Shown: positions 30,889 to 42,000, counted from the stretch's first letter. The stretch: 64,000 nucleotides of DNA from an uncultured Bacteroidales bacterium (GCA_902783655.1 CACZRZ010000036.1:164-64163); one strand, 5' to 3'. A program made the numbers and translations. The notes: generated by a model from the letters alone, not told the origin.

Positions 30889-33800
30889 TTCCACCTTATT
30901 CCTATACACATACCATAGCCAGCCCTCCACTTTGTGCTGTGGGTACATGTCTTGAAGGATTCGCATGTATTCTGCCACCTGGGAGTGATACTCTTCGTTG
31001 GGCTTGCCGAACTTGAAGTCGACGATGATGATGCGGTCTTCAGACATCATGACACGGTCGGGACGACGAGTCTCAAGCCTGCCAGTGGTGGGGTCGGGCA
31101 CCAGTATGTTGCATTCGTTGAACAGACGGTAGTGACCTGAATACCAGTCTCGCACCTGCTCGTGGCGGAGGCCATGCAGGGCCAGTTGGCGTATTTGGCT
31201 GGTCTGTCGTTCCGACTTCAGCACGCCTTGTTGGGCAAACTGACGGATGACGCGGTCGATGTCGTCGGCTGTCGAAATCTTGCTGAATATGTAGTGAAGC
31301 AACTTGCCCTGCTCGATGTATTCCATGCGGCTTTCTCCCTCGGCTGGTTCAGTAGTCAGGTCAGCCGTAAAGGCCTTTGCCCGACTACTCTGGCGGAAAG
31401 TGAAGTTCCCTTTGTAGCTGACCATGCCTACGGAGATGCTGCCCTCCTGCTCTGCCTTCTGCTCGATGTCCTCGGTGCAGGGGACTATACCGAATGTATA
31501 GGTGGTCAGGGTCTGTGCCTCATCGCTGGTTTGACAGTCAATGCCCTTGACCTCCGGCAGACACTTGTGCATGAGGTCGGCAATGGTGATGTTATAGTTG
31601 TCGGGCTGCAGGTCTTCGTGGCTCAGTCCCCAGACATAGAGGTTGGCCTTGGCACGTGTGAAGGCCACATACAGGCCGTTCAGTTCATCAGCCCGTCGGT
31701 CGGCGTGCTCCGTCAGGTAGTCTTCGGCAAAGGCACTCTCTCGCACACGCGAAGTAAACTTAATAGGTATCGACCCCATTGTATTGAGGGGCGGTTCCTG
31801 CGGGCTGCACCAGAAGAGCGAATCCTTGCGGTCTTTCTCGATGTCCCATTCGGCGTATGGCATCAGTACGGTGTGGAAGGCCAGTCCCTTGGACTTGTGT
31901 ATCGTGTAGATGCGTATGCCTTCGGCGTCCCCACCGGGTATGGCCTTGCCCTGCATGGTGTCGTTCCAGTATTGGACGAAGGTGGGGATGTCCGACGGAT
32001 TATCGTGGAGATAGACGGAGAGCTCGTCGAAGAACGAGAAAAGATATGCTTCCTGACGGTCGACTTCGTGGAGCCGGAGCAGACGGTAGAGCGTCTCGCA
32101 CAGTTCGTAGAGCGGCAGGAGGCGCAGTTCGTCGAGTTGGTGGATGAATTCATCTGGCAGCACACTGTCGGGACTGGCAAGCATATAGTCGTTCTCGGTG
32201 GCATCGGTCTGATGGAGCACTTCGCACACATAGTGTTTCATGACGTAGCGCACAGCCACTGGGTCGCGTTCCATATCATCCACCATCTGCAAGGCACACA
32301 CCAGCATCCTGACGGCTACCGACGTACCCAACAGGAAGGCCTCGTTCGAGACCAGTTGCACCTCTGGCATGTGCTGGGCAAAGTAGGCGATGGTGGGCTC
32401 GATGTAGCTATTCTTGCGCACCAGTATGGTCATTTCGCTGTAAGGTATGCCTCGTCGGTGCAGGTCTGTCACTTGTTGGCACAGGTCGGTCAGCATCGTC
32501 TCCTCCCACGTGTCCATCACTTCGCGGTCAGTCGTGTGGCAGAGTTGGATGCGAACGAAACCCTGTTCAGCTTGCTTGTCGATTTCCTGTTCCACATCGG
32601 AATACAGGTCGCTCAGTCGGGCGTCGCTGTTTGTTCCCAATCGGTCGAGCTCGGCAGCTGCAAGGGGGAAGAAGAGATTGTTGAATGTAATGATTTTTCC
32701 TTGGCTTCGAAAGTTCCTCCGCAGTTCCTTCTTTTGTAGTGGAGTGCCTCGGTATCCGCCTTGTTCCAGTCGGTGCAGGATGTGCCAGTCGCCGTTGCGC
32801 CAGCGGTAGATGCTCTGTTTGATGTCGCCCACCACCATGCTCAGTCCGCCTGTTGACAGGTTGTCGAGGAGCAGGGTGCGGAAGTTTTCCCATTGCAGCT
32901 GGCTGGTGTCCTGGAACTCGTCTATCATTATATTATTGTAGCGCGCACCGATGCGCTCGAAGATGAACGGAGTGTCGTCGTCGCCAATCATTTGTTTTAG
33001 CATGATGGGGGTGCGGGCCAGCATGAACCGGTTGCGTTCGTTCGACAGGCGGGTGATTTCGGCATCGATGGCACCCAACAGTCCCATGGGGGTGAGGTTG
33101 GCAAGCAACAGGTCGATGCTGCCTACGCGCCGAAGGGCCTGTGCATGGGCTGTGTTCAGTTGGCCCAACAGGGCGGATAGCCGTTCGGCGGTGGGGCGAA
33201 GTGATGCATTTTCTCGCAGGGCGCTTTTCAACAGTTTCTGCGGGTCGCTGGTCATCGCCTGCAGGTAGGCGTTGAAGTTGACGCTGAGGTCGCCAGCCTT
33301 CAGCCTCTCGACATATCGGCTCACGTGGCTGGCGTAATTGCACAGTTCCTCGTAGCCCATGCCCGTTGTGCTTAGGCTGTTCTCAAAGGCTTCGGCAGCC
33401 TGCCGGACGGGACTCACGAGCTGCTCCTTTTCCTTCTCCAGTATCGTGCGGAAGACGCGTATGTTCTGTATGTCGAAGGGCTGGTTCGACGGGTCGAGCG
33501 AACGTTTCAGATAGGCTTCCTGAAAGAGCATCCGTGCCATCTGCTTCAGTTCGCGACGCACGTCCCATTGACGTCCCTCGTCGAGTTGCTGCTCGATGTA
33601 TTGGCGCAGCCACGGGAGCACTTCGCGGTCGTCGTGTCGCAGATTGTCGACGAGGTTGTCGACAGCCAGGCTTATGACATCCTTGTCCTCAAGGTCCACT
33701 TGCAGCCGGGCGTTCAGTCCCAGTTCGTGGGCCATGTTGCGGAGCACGGTCTGGAAGAAGGCGTCGATGGTGGAGACGTAGAACCGGCTGTAGTCGTGCA

Positions 33801-34143
33801 AGATGGCTCGCAGGGCACGGTGGCATCGCTCGCGCAATTCGTCGTCGGACAGGCTGAGGCCGTTCTCTTCGTGGAGCAGCTGCTTCAGTTTCCTGAAGTC
33901 CGCAGGCTTACCCTTACACTTCCAGAAGCTGTAAAGGAAATTCAATATCCTTTCCTTCATCTCCGACGTTGCCTTGTTGGTGAAGGTCACAGCCAAAGTA
34001 TGGCGAAAGGCATGGTCGCCGCTCGCCACAAGCTGTGCTATGTATTGCATGGCCAGATTGTATGTCTTTCCACTTCCGGCCGATGCCTTGAACAAGAGAA
34101 ATCGGGACTTCATATTCGTTTCGTTGCTCATTTTATTCGTCAT
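30880..34143 (-). CDS. AddA/UvrD-type ATP-dependent helicase-nuclease
   Basis: It has Walker A (ASAGSGKTYNL), UvrD helicase motifs (IDEFQDTSQLQW, VGDIKQSIYRWRNG, TIHKSKGLAF) and a C-terminal PD-(D/E)XK motif (IIIVDFKFGK). ATG 34131 is an alternative start. Confidence 0.88.
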   Translation of the reverse strand: MTNKMSNETNMKSRFLLFKASAGSGKTYNLAMQYIAQLVASGDHAFRHTLAVTFTNKATSEMKERILNFLYSFWKCKGKPADFRKLKQLLHEENGLSLSDDELRERCHRALRAILHDYSRFYVSTIDAFFQTVLRNMAHELGLNARLQVDLEDKDVISLAVDNLVDNLRHDDREVLPWLRQYIEQQLDEGRQWDVRRELKQMARMLFQEAYLKRSLDPSNQPFDIQNIRVFRTILEKEKEQLVSPVRQAAEAFENSLSTTGMGYEELCNYASHVSRYVERLKAGDLSVNFNAYLQAMTSDPQKLLKSALRENASLRPTAERLSALLGQLNTAHAQALRRVGSIDLLLANLTPMGLLGAIDAEITRLSNERNRFMLARTPIMLKQMIGDDDTPFIFERIGARYNNIMIDEFQDTSQLQWENFRTLLLDNLSTGGLSMVVGDIKQSIYRWRNGDWHILHRLEQGGYRGTPLQKKELRRNFRSQGKIITFNNLFFPLAAAELDRLGTNSDARLSDLYSDVEQEIDKQAEQGFVRIQLCHTTDREVMDTWEETMLTDLCQQVTDLHRRGIPYSEMTILVRKNSYIEPTIAYFAQHMPEVQLVSNEAFLLGTSVAVRMLVCALQMVDDMERDPVAVRYVMKHYVCEVLHQTDATENDYMLASPDSVLPDEFIHQLDELRLLPLYELCETLYRLLRLHEVDRQEAYLFSFFDELSVYLHDNPSDIPTFVQYWNDTMQGKAIPGGDAEGIRIYTIHKSKGLAFHTVLMPYAEWDIEKDRKDSLFWCSPQEPPLNTMGSIPIKFTSRVRESAFAEDYLTEHADRRADELNGLYVAFTRAKANLYVWGLSHEDLQPDNYNITIADLMHKCLPEVKGIDCQTSDEAQTLTTYTFGIVPCTEDIEQKAEQEGSISVGMVSYKGNFTFRQSSRAKAFTADLTTEPAEGESRMEYIEQGKLLHYIFSKISTADDIDRVIRQFAQQGVLKSERQTSQIRQLALHGLRHEQVRDWYSGHYRLFNECNILVPDPTTGRLETRRPDRVMMSEDRIIIVDFKFGKPNEEYHSQVAEYMRILQDMYPQHKVEGWLWYVYRNKVERV

Positions 34144-34693
34144 CCTCCATTTTGTATATCCGACGGGTCTCCGCCCTCGCTTCCCGCCAACGAGGGAAGT
34201 AGCGGTCCATCAGACGGTGAAAGCGTTCGTTGTGACTGGGCTCCAGCAGGTGGCACAGTTCGTGTACCACCACATGCTCCACGCACCAGTCGGGCAGAAG
34301 CAAAAGGTAAGCCGAGAAGCAGATGCTCTTGTCCTTGACATTGCACACGCCCCATCGCGATATCGTCGGTTTGTATGTGATGCAGGAGGGCTTCACGCCC
34401 ATCGCCTTAGAGTGTCGTTCCACCATAGGCCCTATCAGTGCTTTCAGCTTCGTCAGTGCCTCTTCGGCCTGTGCCTTTGTGCTCAGTGGCAGCCTGTTGT
34501 AGAAATCCGCCCGCTGTTTCAGCCGTTCGAGGGTTCTTTCCCTGGCTTTGGCTATCCACTCGCGGTGTTCGTCGATGAATGCCTCCACCTTCTCCTTCGG
34601 CATGCCAATGGGCACAGAGACATGCACATCGCCGTTCTTCACGATGCGCATCGACAGTCTGCTCGTCCTCCTGTATGTTATGACTATGCTCAT
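34133..34693 (-). CDS. YgjP-like (DUF45) zinc metallopeptidase-fold protein
   Basis: It has an HExxH motif (VVHELCHLLEPSHNERF). Its size and layout are typical of DUF45. Its 3' end overlaps the AddA-like start. Confidence 0.75.
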   Translation of the reverse strand: MSIVITYRRTSRLSMRIVKNGDVHVSVPIGMPKEKVEAFIDEHREWIAKARERTLERLKQRADFYNRLPLSTKAQAEEALTKLKALIGPMVERHSKAMGVKPSCITYKPTISRWGVCNVKDKSICFSAYLLLLPDWCVEHVVVHELCHLLEPSHNERFHRLMDRYFPRWREARAETRRIYKMEDDE

Positions 34694-34703
34694 GTTCCAA
34701 CGG

Positions 34704-34711
34704 CAAATTTA
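34704..34711 (-). promoter_or_regulatory. candidate -7 box (TAAATTTG) for the DUF45 / AddAB operon
   Basis: A TAnnTTTG match on the minus strand only about 10 nt upstream of ATG 34693. This implies a very short leader. Confidence 0.4.
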
Positions 34712-34787
34712 CAACATTATTTTCATATTCCATCATCTCTCTCTCGTATTTTTGCGTATTATTTTTCCATGATTCAAATATAATGTT

Positions 34788-34795
34788 TAACTTTG
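34788..34795 (+). promoter_or_regulatory. candidate -7 box (TAACTTTG) for panB
   Basis: A TAnnTTTG match about 40 nt upstream of ATG 34837. Confidence 0.45.
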
Positions 34796-34836
34796 CACCC
34801 AAATTCCAAACATACATTGTCAAATCATAAATAAAC

Positions 34837-35655
34837 ATGGCTGGATATTTAGTAGAAGACGCGCGTAAGGTGACCACCCATCGCCTTACGGAGATGAAGC
34901 AACAAGGCAAGAAGATTGCCATGCTGACGGCGTATGACTATACGATGGCACAGATTGTGGATGGTGCCGGAGTGGACGTGATTCTGGTGGGCGACTCTGC
35001 ATCGAATGTGATGGCAGGTAACCTGACGACGCTGCCCATCACCATCGAACAGATGATTTATCATGCCAAGAGTGTGGTGCGTGGCGTGAAGCGTGCCCTG
35101 GTGGTGTGCGACATGCCCTTTGGCACCTATCAGGTGAATAAGACGGAAGGTGTGGAGAATGCCGTCCGCATCATGAAGGAGGCCCACTGCGACGCCCTGA
35201 AACTGGAGGGTGGGGAAGAGATTATCGAAACCGTGCGTGCCATACTGGCTGCAGGTATCCCCGTATGCGGCCATTTGGGTCTTACTCCGCAGAGCATCAA
35301 CAAGTTCGGTACGTATGCCGTTCGAGCCAGGGAGGAGGCTGAGGCTGAGAAACTGGTGCGCGATGCCAAACTGCTGTCTGAGGCAGGATGCTTCGCCATC
35401 GTGCTGGAAAAGATACCTGCAGCGCTGACCGAAAAGGTCTGTCGCGAGGTGTCGACGCCCATCATCGGCATCGGTGGCGGACCAGCCGACGGACAGGTGC
35501 TGGTGCTGCACGACATGCTGGGCATGAACAAGGACTTCTCGCCCAAGTTCCTGCGCCGCTATGCCGATCTGCACACCGTGATGACGGATGCCATCGGGCA
35601 GTACGTTGCCGACGTGAAGTCGTGCGACTTCCCCAACGAAGAAGAAAAGTACTAA
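34837..35655 (+). CDS. panB: 3-methyl-2-oxobutanoate hydroxymethyltransferase
   Basis: Conserved PanB motifs are present along the full length: LTAYDY, ILVGDS, DMPFGTY, LKLEGG and GHLGLTPQ. Confidence 0.93.
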   Translation: MAGYLVEDARKVTTHRLTEMKQQGKKIAMLTAYDYTMAQIVDGAGVDVILVGDSASNVMAGNLTTLPITIEQMIYHAKSVVRGVKRALVVCDMPFGTYQVNKTEGVENAVRIMKEAHCDALKLEGGEEIIETVRAILAAGIPVCGHLGLTPQSINKFGTYAVRAREEAEAEKLVRDAKLLSEAGCFAIVLEKIPAALTEKVCREVSTPIIGIGGGPADGQVLVLHDMLGMNKDFSPKFLRRYADLHTVMTDAIGQYVADVKSCDFPNEEEKY

Positions 35656-35670
35656 GGAACGCAAACATTT

Positions 35671-35715
35671 GCCGCCAACGACACAGGAACAAAGCGTCGT
35701 TGGCGGCTTTTTTTG
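35671..35715 (+). terminator. intrinsic terminator after panB
   Basis: The stem GCCGCCAACGAC pairs with GTCGTTGGCGGC across the loop and is followed by TTTTTTTG. Confidence 0.8.
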
Positions 35716-35737
35716 TGTCTTGACGTATGACGCTTCC

Positions 35738-35828
35738 CTTGACGCACAATTGTCCGTCAAGCGAAACCATAGTATGGTCTGAGCTCCAACGACGCGTCGT
35801 TTCCCTTGACGGACAATTGTGCGTCAAG
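35738..35828. repeat. two copies of a 24-bp near-palindrome (CTTGACG-N-ACAATTGT-N-CGTCAAG) 67 bp apart
   Basis: Copy 35738-35761 is CTTGACGCACAATTGTCCGTCAAG. Copy 35805-35828 is CTTGACGGACAATTGTGCGTCAAG, its exact reverse complement. The spacer carries the 19-mer GAGCTCCAACGACGCGTCG, which is also found at 26708-26726. Confidence 0.8.
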
Positions 35829-36049
35829 AGGAACCTCAATAGGTTGTTGGCACGGGCTTAGGAGAAAAGGGCGGAAACGTGCTGTGCTTTCCTGTCCCTC
35901 CGCACTTCGTAAGCTTCAAAACATGTCTTCCTGCTCCCCATTCCCGTCCTTTTTGTCTTTTGAAGTCAAATGTCCTTATTTGTTCCTGGTAATTTAACCT
36001 TTTTTTATAAAAAAGTTAACAAACCTTTGGTTAACTCGTAAAAATCAAC

Positions 36050-36057
36050 TAAATTTG
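36050..36057 (+). promoter_or_regulatory. candidate -7 box (TAAATTTG) for the fasciclin/SusCD locus
   Basis: A TAnnTTTG match about 70 nt upstream of ATG 36126. A small hairpin (GGGCAT-TTT-ATGCCC) lies in the leader. Confidence 0.4.
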
Positions 36058-36125
36058 AAGGGTTTTAGGGGCATTTTATGCCCTTTTAGCATGAAAACAA
36101 CATTATAACTAACTAAAATAACCAA

Positions 36126-39008
36126 ATGAAAAACAGTATGCTTAAGCGAAAAATTGCCTTCGTGGCAGTTCCTGCTTGTGCTGCTTTTCTCTTAGGTGGA
36201 ATGGTTACGTCGTGTAGCGACGACCTGCTCACTGGTCAGCCCTCGTGGTTGGGAGAAAGTGTGTATGCGGAACTGGAACGTCGAGGTAATTTCACGGAGA
36301 CATTGAAACTTATCAATGCTCAGGACGAAGACTACGCTTCTGTGCTGAAGAAGACCGGTTCGAAGACATTGTTCGTTGCCGACGACGATGCCTGGAAGGC
36401 TTTCTATCAGAACAACCCTTGGGGCATCACCTCTCTGGAGACGATGACCAAGGCCCAGAAGAAACTGCTCTTCAAGGCGAACATGATCAACAGTGCCTAT
36501 CTGGTGGAACTGTTGGGTAACCTGCCCAGTGCCAACGCCAACGAGGACCCCAAGGAGGGTGCTTGTATGCGTCGTGCCAATTCGGTGGACATCATGGACT
36601 CGGTGCCTGTGGTCACCAAGGACAAGATACCCGTGGTGAATCCTATCCGAATCAGCACAGAGACGGGCAAGCAGATTGACTATTGGGAACATGTGCGCGG
36701 AAAGGACAGCATCCCCATGCTGATGGACAACAACGTGGCATCGATGATTCACTTCATGCCCAAGTTCATGCAGAACAGCAACGTCACCAGCGAGGATGTG
36801 GCCTTCCTGACCAATGGTGAAATCAGCACCAACGAGGGCGCCTTCGTCAATGGTAAAGTCATCACCGAGCGCGACATCACCTGCCAGAATGGTTACATCC
36901 ACGTCCTGGAGGGCGTGGCTCTGCCGCTCGACAACATGGCCAACGTGATTGCCAACCAACCCCAGTTCAGCATCTTCAACCGCCTGCTGGACCGCTTCTC
37001 CTATCCCCACTACGACCCAACCATCACCCGTGAGTATCAGCGTCAGTACGGTGGCGAGGACAGCGTGTTCGTGAAGCGCTACTTCAACAGCCATTCGGGC
37101 AATGCCTTCACGCATACCGACAATAATGTTGACGTCAACGAGTTGCTGGATTACGACCCAGGATGGAACCTCTATCGCGTCAACAGTACAAACGTGACCT
37201 ACCAGTCCGATGCCGCTGTGATGCTGGTGCCCACCGATCAGGCCATGCTCGACTATCTGGAGGGCAATGGTGCCGACCTGAAGTCGCGCTACGGCAATGC
37301 CGGACCTGGCGAGACAGCTTGGGACAACGCTCCCGACAACGTCGTCCTGCCCCAGGTGATGAATGCCATGCTGCCCAGCCTGAAGGCCGCCATTCCCAGC
37401 CAGTTCGGCAGCATCAACAACACGGCCAGCGAAAACATGGGCGTGAAGAAAGAGGACATCGACCAGGTGCTGTGGGCCTGCAACGGTGTGGTTTACCAGG
37501 TCAACAAGGTGTATGTGGCTCCTGAATATGTCAGTGTCTACTACCCCTGCGTGGTACGAGGCAATACGGACATGTACATCACCTATTCGACGATACAGCT
37601 TGACAAGAGAACCCAAGGCGGTCTGGGTATGCACGCCTATCTGAACAACATGGGTTCGAAGTACAGCTTCATCATCCCCACAGACAACGCCATGCAGTTC
37701 TACTACGACCCCGTCAGCTACAAGCGTAAGACGGCAACCGGTGCCGACAATGCCGTTGCCTATAAGTTCAAGTACGAACAGTCGCTGCTGAAGGCCGATG
37801 CCTATCTTGTGGACTGGACAGACCTGGACGAATATGGTCGTGGTAAGATTGCCGACCAGGCCAGCACGAACATCAAGATATCTACCGACTTCAACATCAA
37901 CGGTGATGCCCTGAACCACTTCTCCGACATCTTCAACAGCTCGCTGGCTGTCGGACTGTTCACTCCCGGACAGGAGTTCTACGAGGCCCGCAACGGTGGT
38001 CCCATCGTAGTGCAATGGGAAGGAAACAACGTGAAGGGCGTGGCTGGTTCGTTCCAGTACGAACGCGGCTACTTCATTCCCGTTCTGGAATCGGTGGACA
38101 AGAGCGAAGACGGTAACGGACGAAGTTACGTCATCGACGAGGAGCCCATGATGAGCACATTCACAAGCCCCTACGCAGCCCTGACCGACACGCTGCGCCA
38201 GGACCACTTCGGCACGTTTGCCAAGCTGATGGCAGGTATGGACATGGTAGTGAACAACGACGGTGCCAACCACACCACAATGGACTACGCCCTGAAGGCG
38301 CTGAACAACTATCACTACACCATCTACGTGCCCACGAATGCCAGCATCGATGCCCTGATAGCCGAAGGCAAGATGCCCACCTGGGACGATGTGGACGACG
38401 TGACCGAAGCATGGAAACAGGCATCGGTGAAGTACTACGAAATATCCGATAAATACAAGGATACCGAAGAACAGCCCACGGAAGCAGAGGTGGCAGAGAT
38501 GGAAAAGATTGCAGCCGACTCGCTCTTCCTCTTCAATCAGATAACCCGCATGAAGGAAATCATCAACAACTTCGTGAACTATCACATCCAGGATAACTCT
38601 GTGTACGTGAAAGGTAGAAACTGTAACCGTCAGAACGACGTGTTCGAAAGCTCCTGCCTCGACACCCTGAGCAACCGCTTCGTGAAGATTGCCGTCGACT
38701 ATGAACTGGGCGGCACCATGAAGGTCTATGACAACGTGGGACTCGAGCATCATGTCGACAACGACTACTGCAACATCCTGACCCGTCAGTACTACTTCAA
38801 CGGCAAGGACCTGAGAGGTACCAACAGCACACGAATCTATTCTTCGTCGTTCGCTGTACTCCATCAGATAGACACCCCGCTGCAGCCCAGTGCCGACTGC
38901 TACTACAGTCCCGCCGACTATCAGAAGGTGAAGCAGCTCATTGACCTCTACCCTGTGGAGAACGAAGAACCGACCCCTACTCCAAACCCAATCAAGCGTA
39001 AGAGATGA
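36126..39008 (+). CDS. multi-FAS1 (fasciclin) domain surface lipoprotein
   Basis: The lipobox is followed by acidic residues (MVTSCSDD). FAS1-like motifs repeat along the protein (TLFVADDDAW, VMLVPTDQAMLDYL, FIIPTDNAMQ, TIYVPTNASIDAL). Confidence 0.75.
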   Translation: MKNSMLKRKIAFVAVPACAAFLLGGMVTSCSDDLLTGQPSWLGESVYAELERRGNFTETLKLINAQDEDYASVLKKTGSKTLFVADDDAWKAFYQNNPWGITSLETMTKAQKKLLFKANMINSAYLVELLGNLPSANANEDPKEGACMRRANSVDIMDSVPVVTKDKIPVVNPIRISTETGKQIDYWEHVRGKDSIPMLMDNNVASMIHFMPKFMQNSNVTSEDVAFLTNGEISTNEGAFVNGKVITERDITCQNGYIHVLEGVALPLDNMANVIANQPQFSIFNRLLDRFSYPHYDPTITREYQRQYGGEDSVFVKRYFNSHSGNAFTHTDNNVDVNELLDYDPGWNLYRVNSTNVTYQSDAAVMLVPTDQAMLDYLEGNGADLKSRYGNAGPGETAWDNAPDNVVLPQVMNAMLPSLKAAIPSQFGSINNTASENMGVKKEDIDQVLWACNGVVYQVNKVYVAPEYVSVYYPCVVRGNTDMYITYSTIQLDKRTQGGLGMHAYLNNMGSKYSFIIPTDNAMQFYYDPVSYKRKTATGADNAVAYKFKYEQSLLKADAYLVDWTDLDEYGRGKIADQASTNIKISTDFNINGDALNHFSDIFNSSLAVGLFTPGQEFYEARNGGPIVVQWEGNNVKGVAGSFQYERGYFIPVLESVDKSEDGNGRSYVIDEEPMMSTFTSPYAALTDTLRQDHFGTFAKLMAGMDMVVNNDGANHTTMDYALKALNNYHYTIYVPTNASIDALIAEGKMPTWDDVDDVTEAWKQASVKYYEISDKYKDTEEQPTEAEVAEMEKIAADSLFLFNQITRMKEIINNFVNYHIQDNSVYVKGRNCNRQNDVFESSCLDTLSNRFVKIAVDYELGGTMKVYDNVGLEHHVDNDYCNILTRQYYFNGKDLRGTNSTRIYSSSFAVLHQIDTPLQPSADCYYSPADYQKVKQLIDLYPVENEEPTPTPNPIKRKR

Positions 39009-42000
39009 AAACACTTAAATATACCTTATTAATAATAATGTGTCTGACATCTTCGCTTGTCAGTGCACAGATTACCCGCGTCAGTGGTACCGTCAGCGAC
39101 GAGTACGGTGAGATGCCCGGCGTTGCGGTAAAAGAAATAGACTCGTCGAACCGTACGGTCAGCGCTACGGTTACGGACGGAAACGGTAACTTCACGATGA
39201 CCCTGAAGGATGCCAAGAAGAACCGCCTCGTATTCACCTGCGTCGGCATGAAGACCCACACCATCAAACCCATCACCAAGCAGGTGTACAAAATCACTTT
39301 GGCCGCTGATGTGAAGGAAATGAAGGAAGCCGTCGTCGTGGGTAAGAAAATGGCAAAGACCTCCGGTCTGGCCATTCCCGAACGTGAAGTCAGCTACTCG
39401 GCTCAGGGGCTCGATGCCAAGGAGTTCGAGGGACTGGGTATCACATCCGTCGACGAAGCCCTGCAGGGACGTATCGCCGGTCTGGATATTATCGCATCCT
39501 CCGGTAACGTGGGCGCAGGTTCGCAGATGCGTCTGCGTGGTGCCTCCACCATTTCTACCCTCACCAGTAACGAACCCCTTATCGTCGTCAATGGCGACAT
39601 CGCTACCGACGTCGACCTCAGCGACTTCGATGTATCTACAGCCACCGACGAAAAGTTTGCCGAGCTGTTGAAGGTGAACACCGAGGACATCCTCGACATC
39701 AAGGTCCTGAAGGATGCCTCTGCTACGGCCATCTGGGGTATGCGTGGTGCCAACGGTGTTATCGAAATCACCACAAAGCGTGGTTCACGTGGTCCTGCCC
39801 GTGTCGGATATTCGGGTAAGATAACCATCAACGACAAGAACCGTCCCGTGAAGCTGCTCAATGGCGACCAGTACACCATGATGCTGAAGGAAGCCTACTT
39901 CAATCCCCGACTCAGCGACACCGATGGTGACATTCCTGAACTGAACTATGACTACGATGGTTTCTCTGAGGCGTACATGTACGATAACAATACCGACTGG
40001 ACGAAGCTCGTTTCGCAATTCGGTACACGTCAGAACCATTACATCCAGGTGTCGGGTGGTGACGAAAAGACCTTGTTCCGCATCTCTGGCGGTTACGACC
40101 ACGAAGTGGGCAATATCATCAAGCAGAAGCTCGACCGCTTCTCCACCCGTATGGCTCTTGACTACTACGTCAGCGACCGCATCAAGATTCTTTCCGACTT
40201 CTCCCTGACCTATACCGACCGTGACCTCAACTACGATGGTCTTTGGGGTATTGCAATGGTGAAGATGCCTAACCTCTCGCCCTACTACGAGTACGAGAAC
40301 GGCGTGCCTTCGGACGACTACTACTACATGCTGCAGAATGCAGCCGGTGGTACCACGAAACTGAACGACCAGAAGGGTATGGCCAACCCCTTGGCCAGTG
40401 CTAATCTGGCAAAGTACACCCAGCGCACCTATAACCTGGTGCCGAAACTGGAACTGGAATACAAACTGCTGGGCCTGGACGACGAACACCACCAGTTGAA
40501 GTACAATGGCGTGGTCTATGTCAACGTCAGCAACGAGTACGACGACAAGGACTATCCTCGTGAACTGAGTACAGCTAACTTCATCGACACACACACAGCT
40601 TACAGCTACAGTGCCAAGAGTCTCGGCTTCACGACCCGCCATTCGCTGAACTACATTCCTCACTTCAAGAATCGCGACAACTATCTGACCATGCTGGCAC
40701 GCTTCGAGCTGAACTCGAGCAGCAACAGCAACCAGAGCACCAATGCCTATCGTCTGCCCAGCGGTGTCAGCTCACCTGCAGCCGGAGGTCTCATCAGCAG
40801 CATGGGCTCGGGCTACGGTCAGGGACGTGGTCTGATGTATCTCTACTCAGGTCACTATTCTTATAAGAGCAAATATTCGATTGACGGCACCATCCGCATG
40901 GACGGTACCACGAAGTTCGGTCCCAGCCGCCGTTGGGTGGTCAGCTACTCTGCATCTGGTCGTTGGAACATCATCGACGAGAAATTCATGAACTGGGCCC
41001 GCGAGAAGGCTAAGATGAGCATGCTGGCCGTCAGCGCAGGTTGGGGTACCGTTGGTAACCCTCCCGGTCAGGACTATCTGTACATGAATAAATACAATCC
41101 CGGCAATGCCTATCTGGGCACTATCAGTATGAATCCCAGTGGCCTGAAGCTCAATGATATCGGTGCCGAGCACGTGACCTCTTGGAACGTCGGATTTAAC
41201 CTCGGTTTCTTCGACGACCGCTTAAAGCTGCGTCTCGACCTGTATTCGCGTCTGACCACCGACATGCTGATGGCCGGCGGCATACCTTCAAGCACCGGCT
41301 ATAGAAGTCTGGCTGTGAAGAACGTGGGTGACATGAAGAACAACGGTTGGGAATTCAATATCGACGGTAACCGCCTGCTGAAGAAAGGCAAATTCTGGCT
41401 CGACTGCTATGTGAACTTCGCCAACAACCACAACGTCATCACCAAGATGGACGACATCGTGCTGGAGAACCTGAATACGGAATTCTCAAGGTCCAATGCT
41501 ACGACACTGCAGCGTGTACAGATCAACAACCCCTTCGGTTCCATCTATGGTTTCCGTTGCCTGGGTACTTATCAGTACAACTTCACCACTGCACAGCGTA
41601 TTGCCAAGTACCAGGGTGCAGATGTGCTTCAGGCCAATATCGACAACGGCATGACCTATCCCGTCGCCCTGAACAGGGACGGACAGCTCATCCTGAACGA
41701 AAAGGGCGAGCCCCTGCAGATGATGTTCTGCTACACCGAAGGTTCGTCGCTGGGTAAGTTCAACGGTGGTGATGCCATGTATGAGGACATCAACCACGAT
41801 GGTCAGATCAACGAACTCGACATCGTCTATCTGGGTAGCTCACTGCCCAAGCTGACGGGTGGTTTCGGCTTCACGCTGAACTACGGCCACTGGCGTCTGT
41901 CAACTCAGTTCAACTATCGTGTTGACTACGATGTCTACAACCTGGCCCGTCTGAATGTGGAGTCCATGAACTCGAACAACAACCAGAGCGAAGCCGTCAA

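Noticed and set aside
34407-34922. A 171-aa minus-strand ORF spans the divergent DUF45 / panB promoter region.
   Set aside because: It crosses two predicted promoters and overlaps both real genes. There is no family similarity.
36192-39014. A 940-aa ORF on the minus strand covers the whole fasciclin gene. Similar long antisense ORFs occur at 1863-3227, 11303-12739, 12806-14077, 14158-15393, 23448-25247, 31162-32739, 39785-40663, 42449-43453, 45383-46240, 49048-50730, 51494-52387, 53817-54839, 59194-61023, 61066-61983 and 62242-63261.
   Set aside because: Each mirrors a strongly supported sense-strand gene with clear family motifs. Their translations are low-complexity (rich in V, H, G, D, L, R) with no recognisable domains, signal peptides or promoters. 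This is what codon bias with G/C at third positions produces on the opposite strand.
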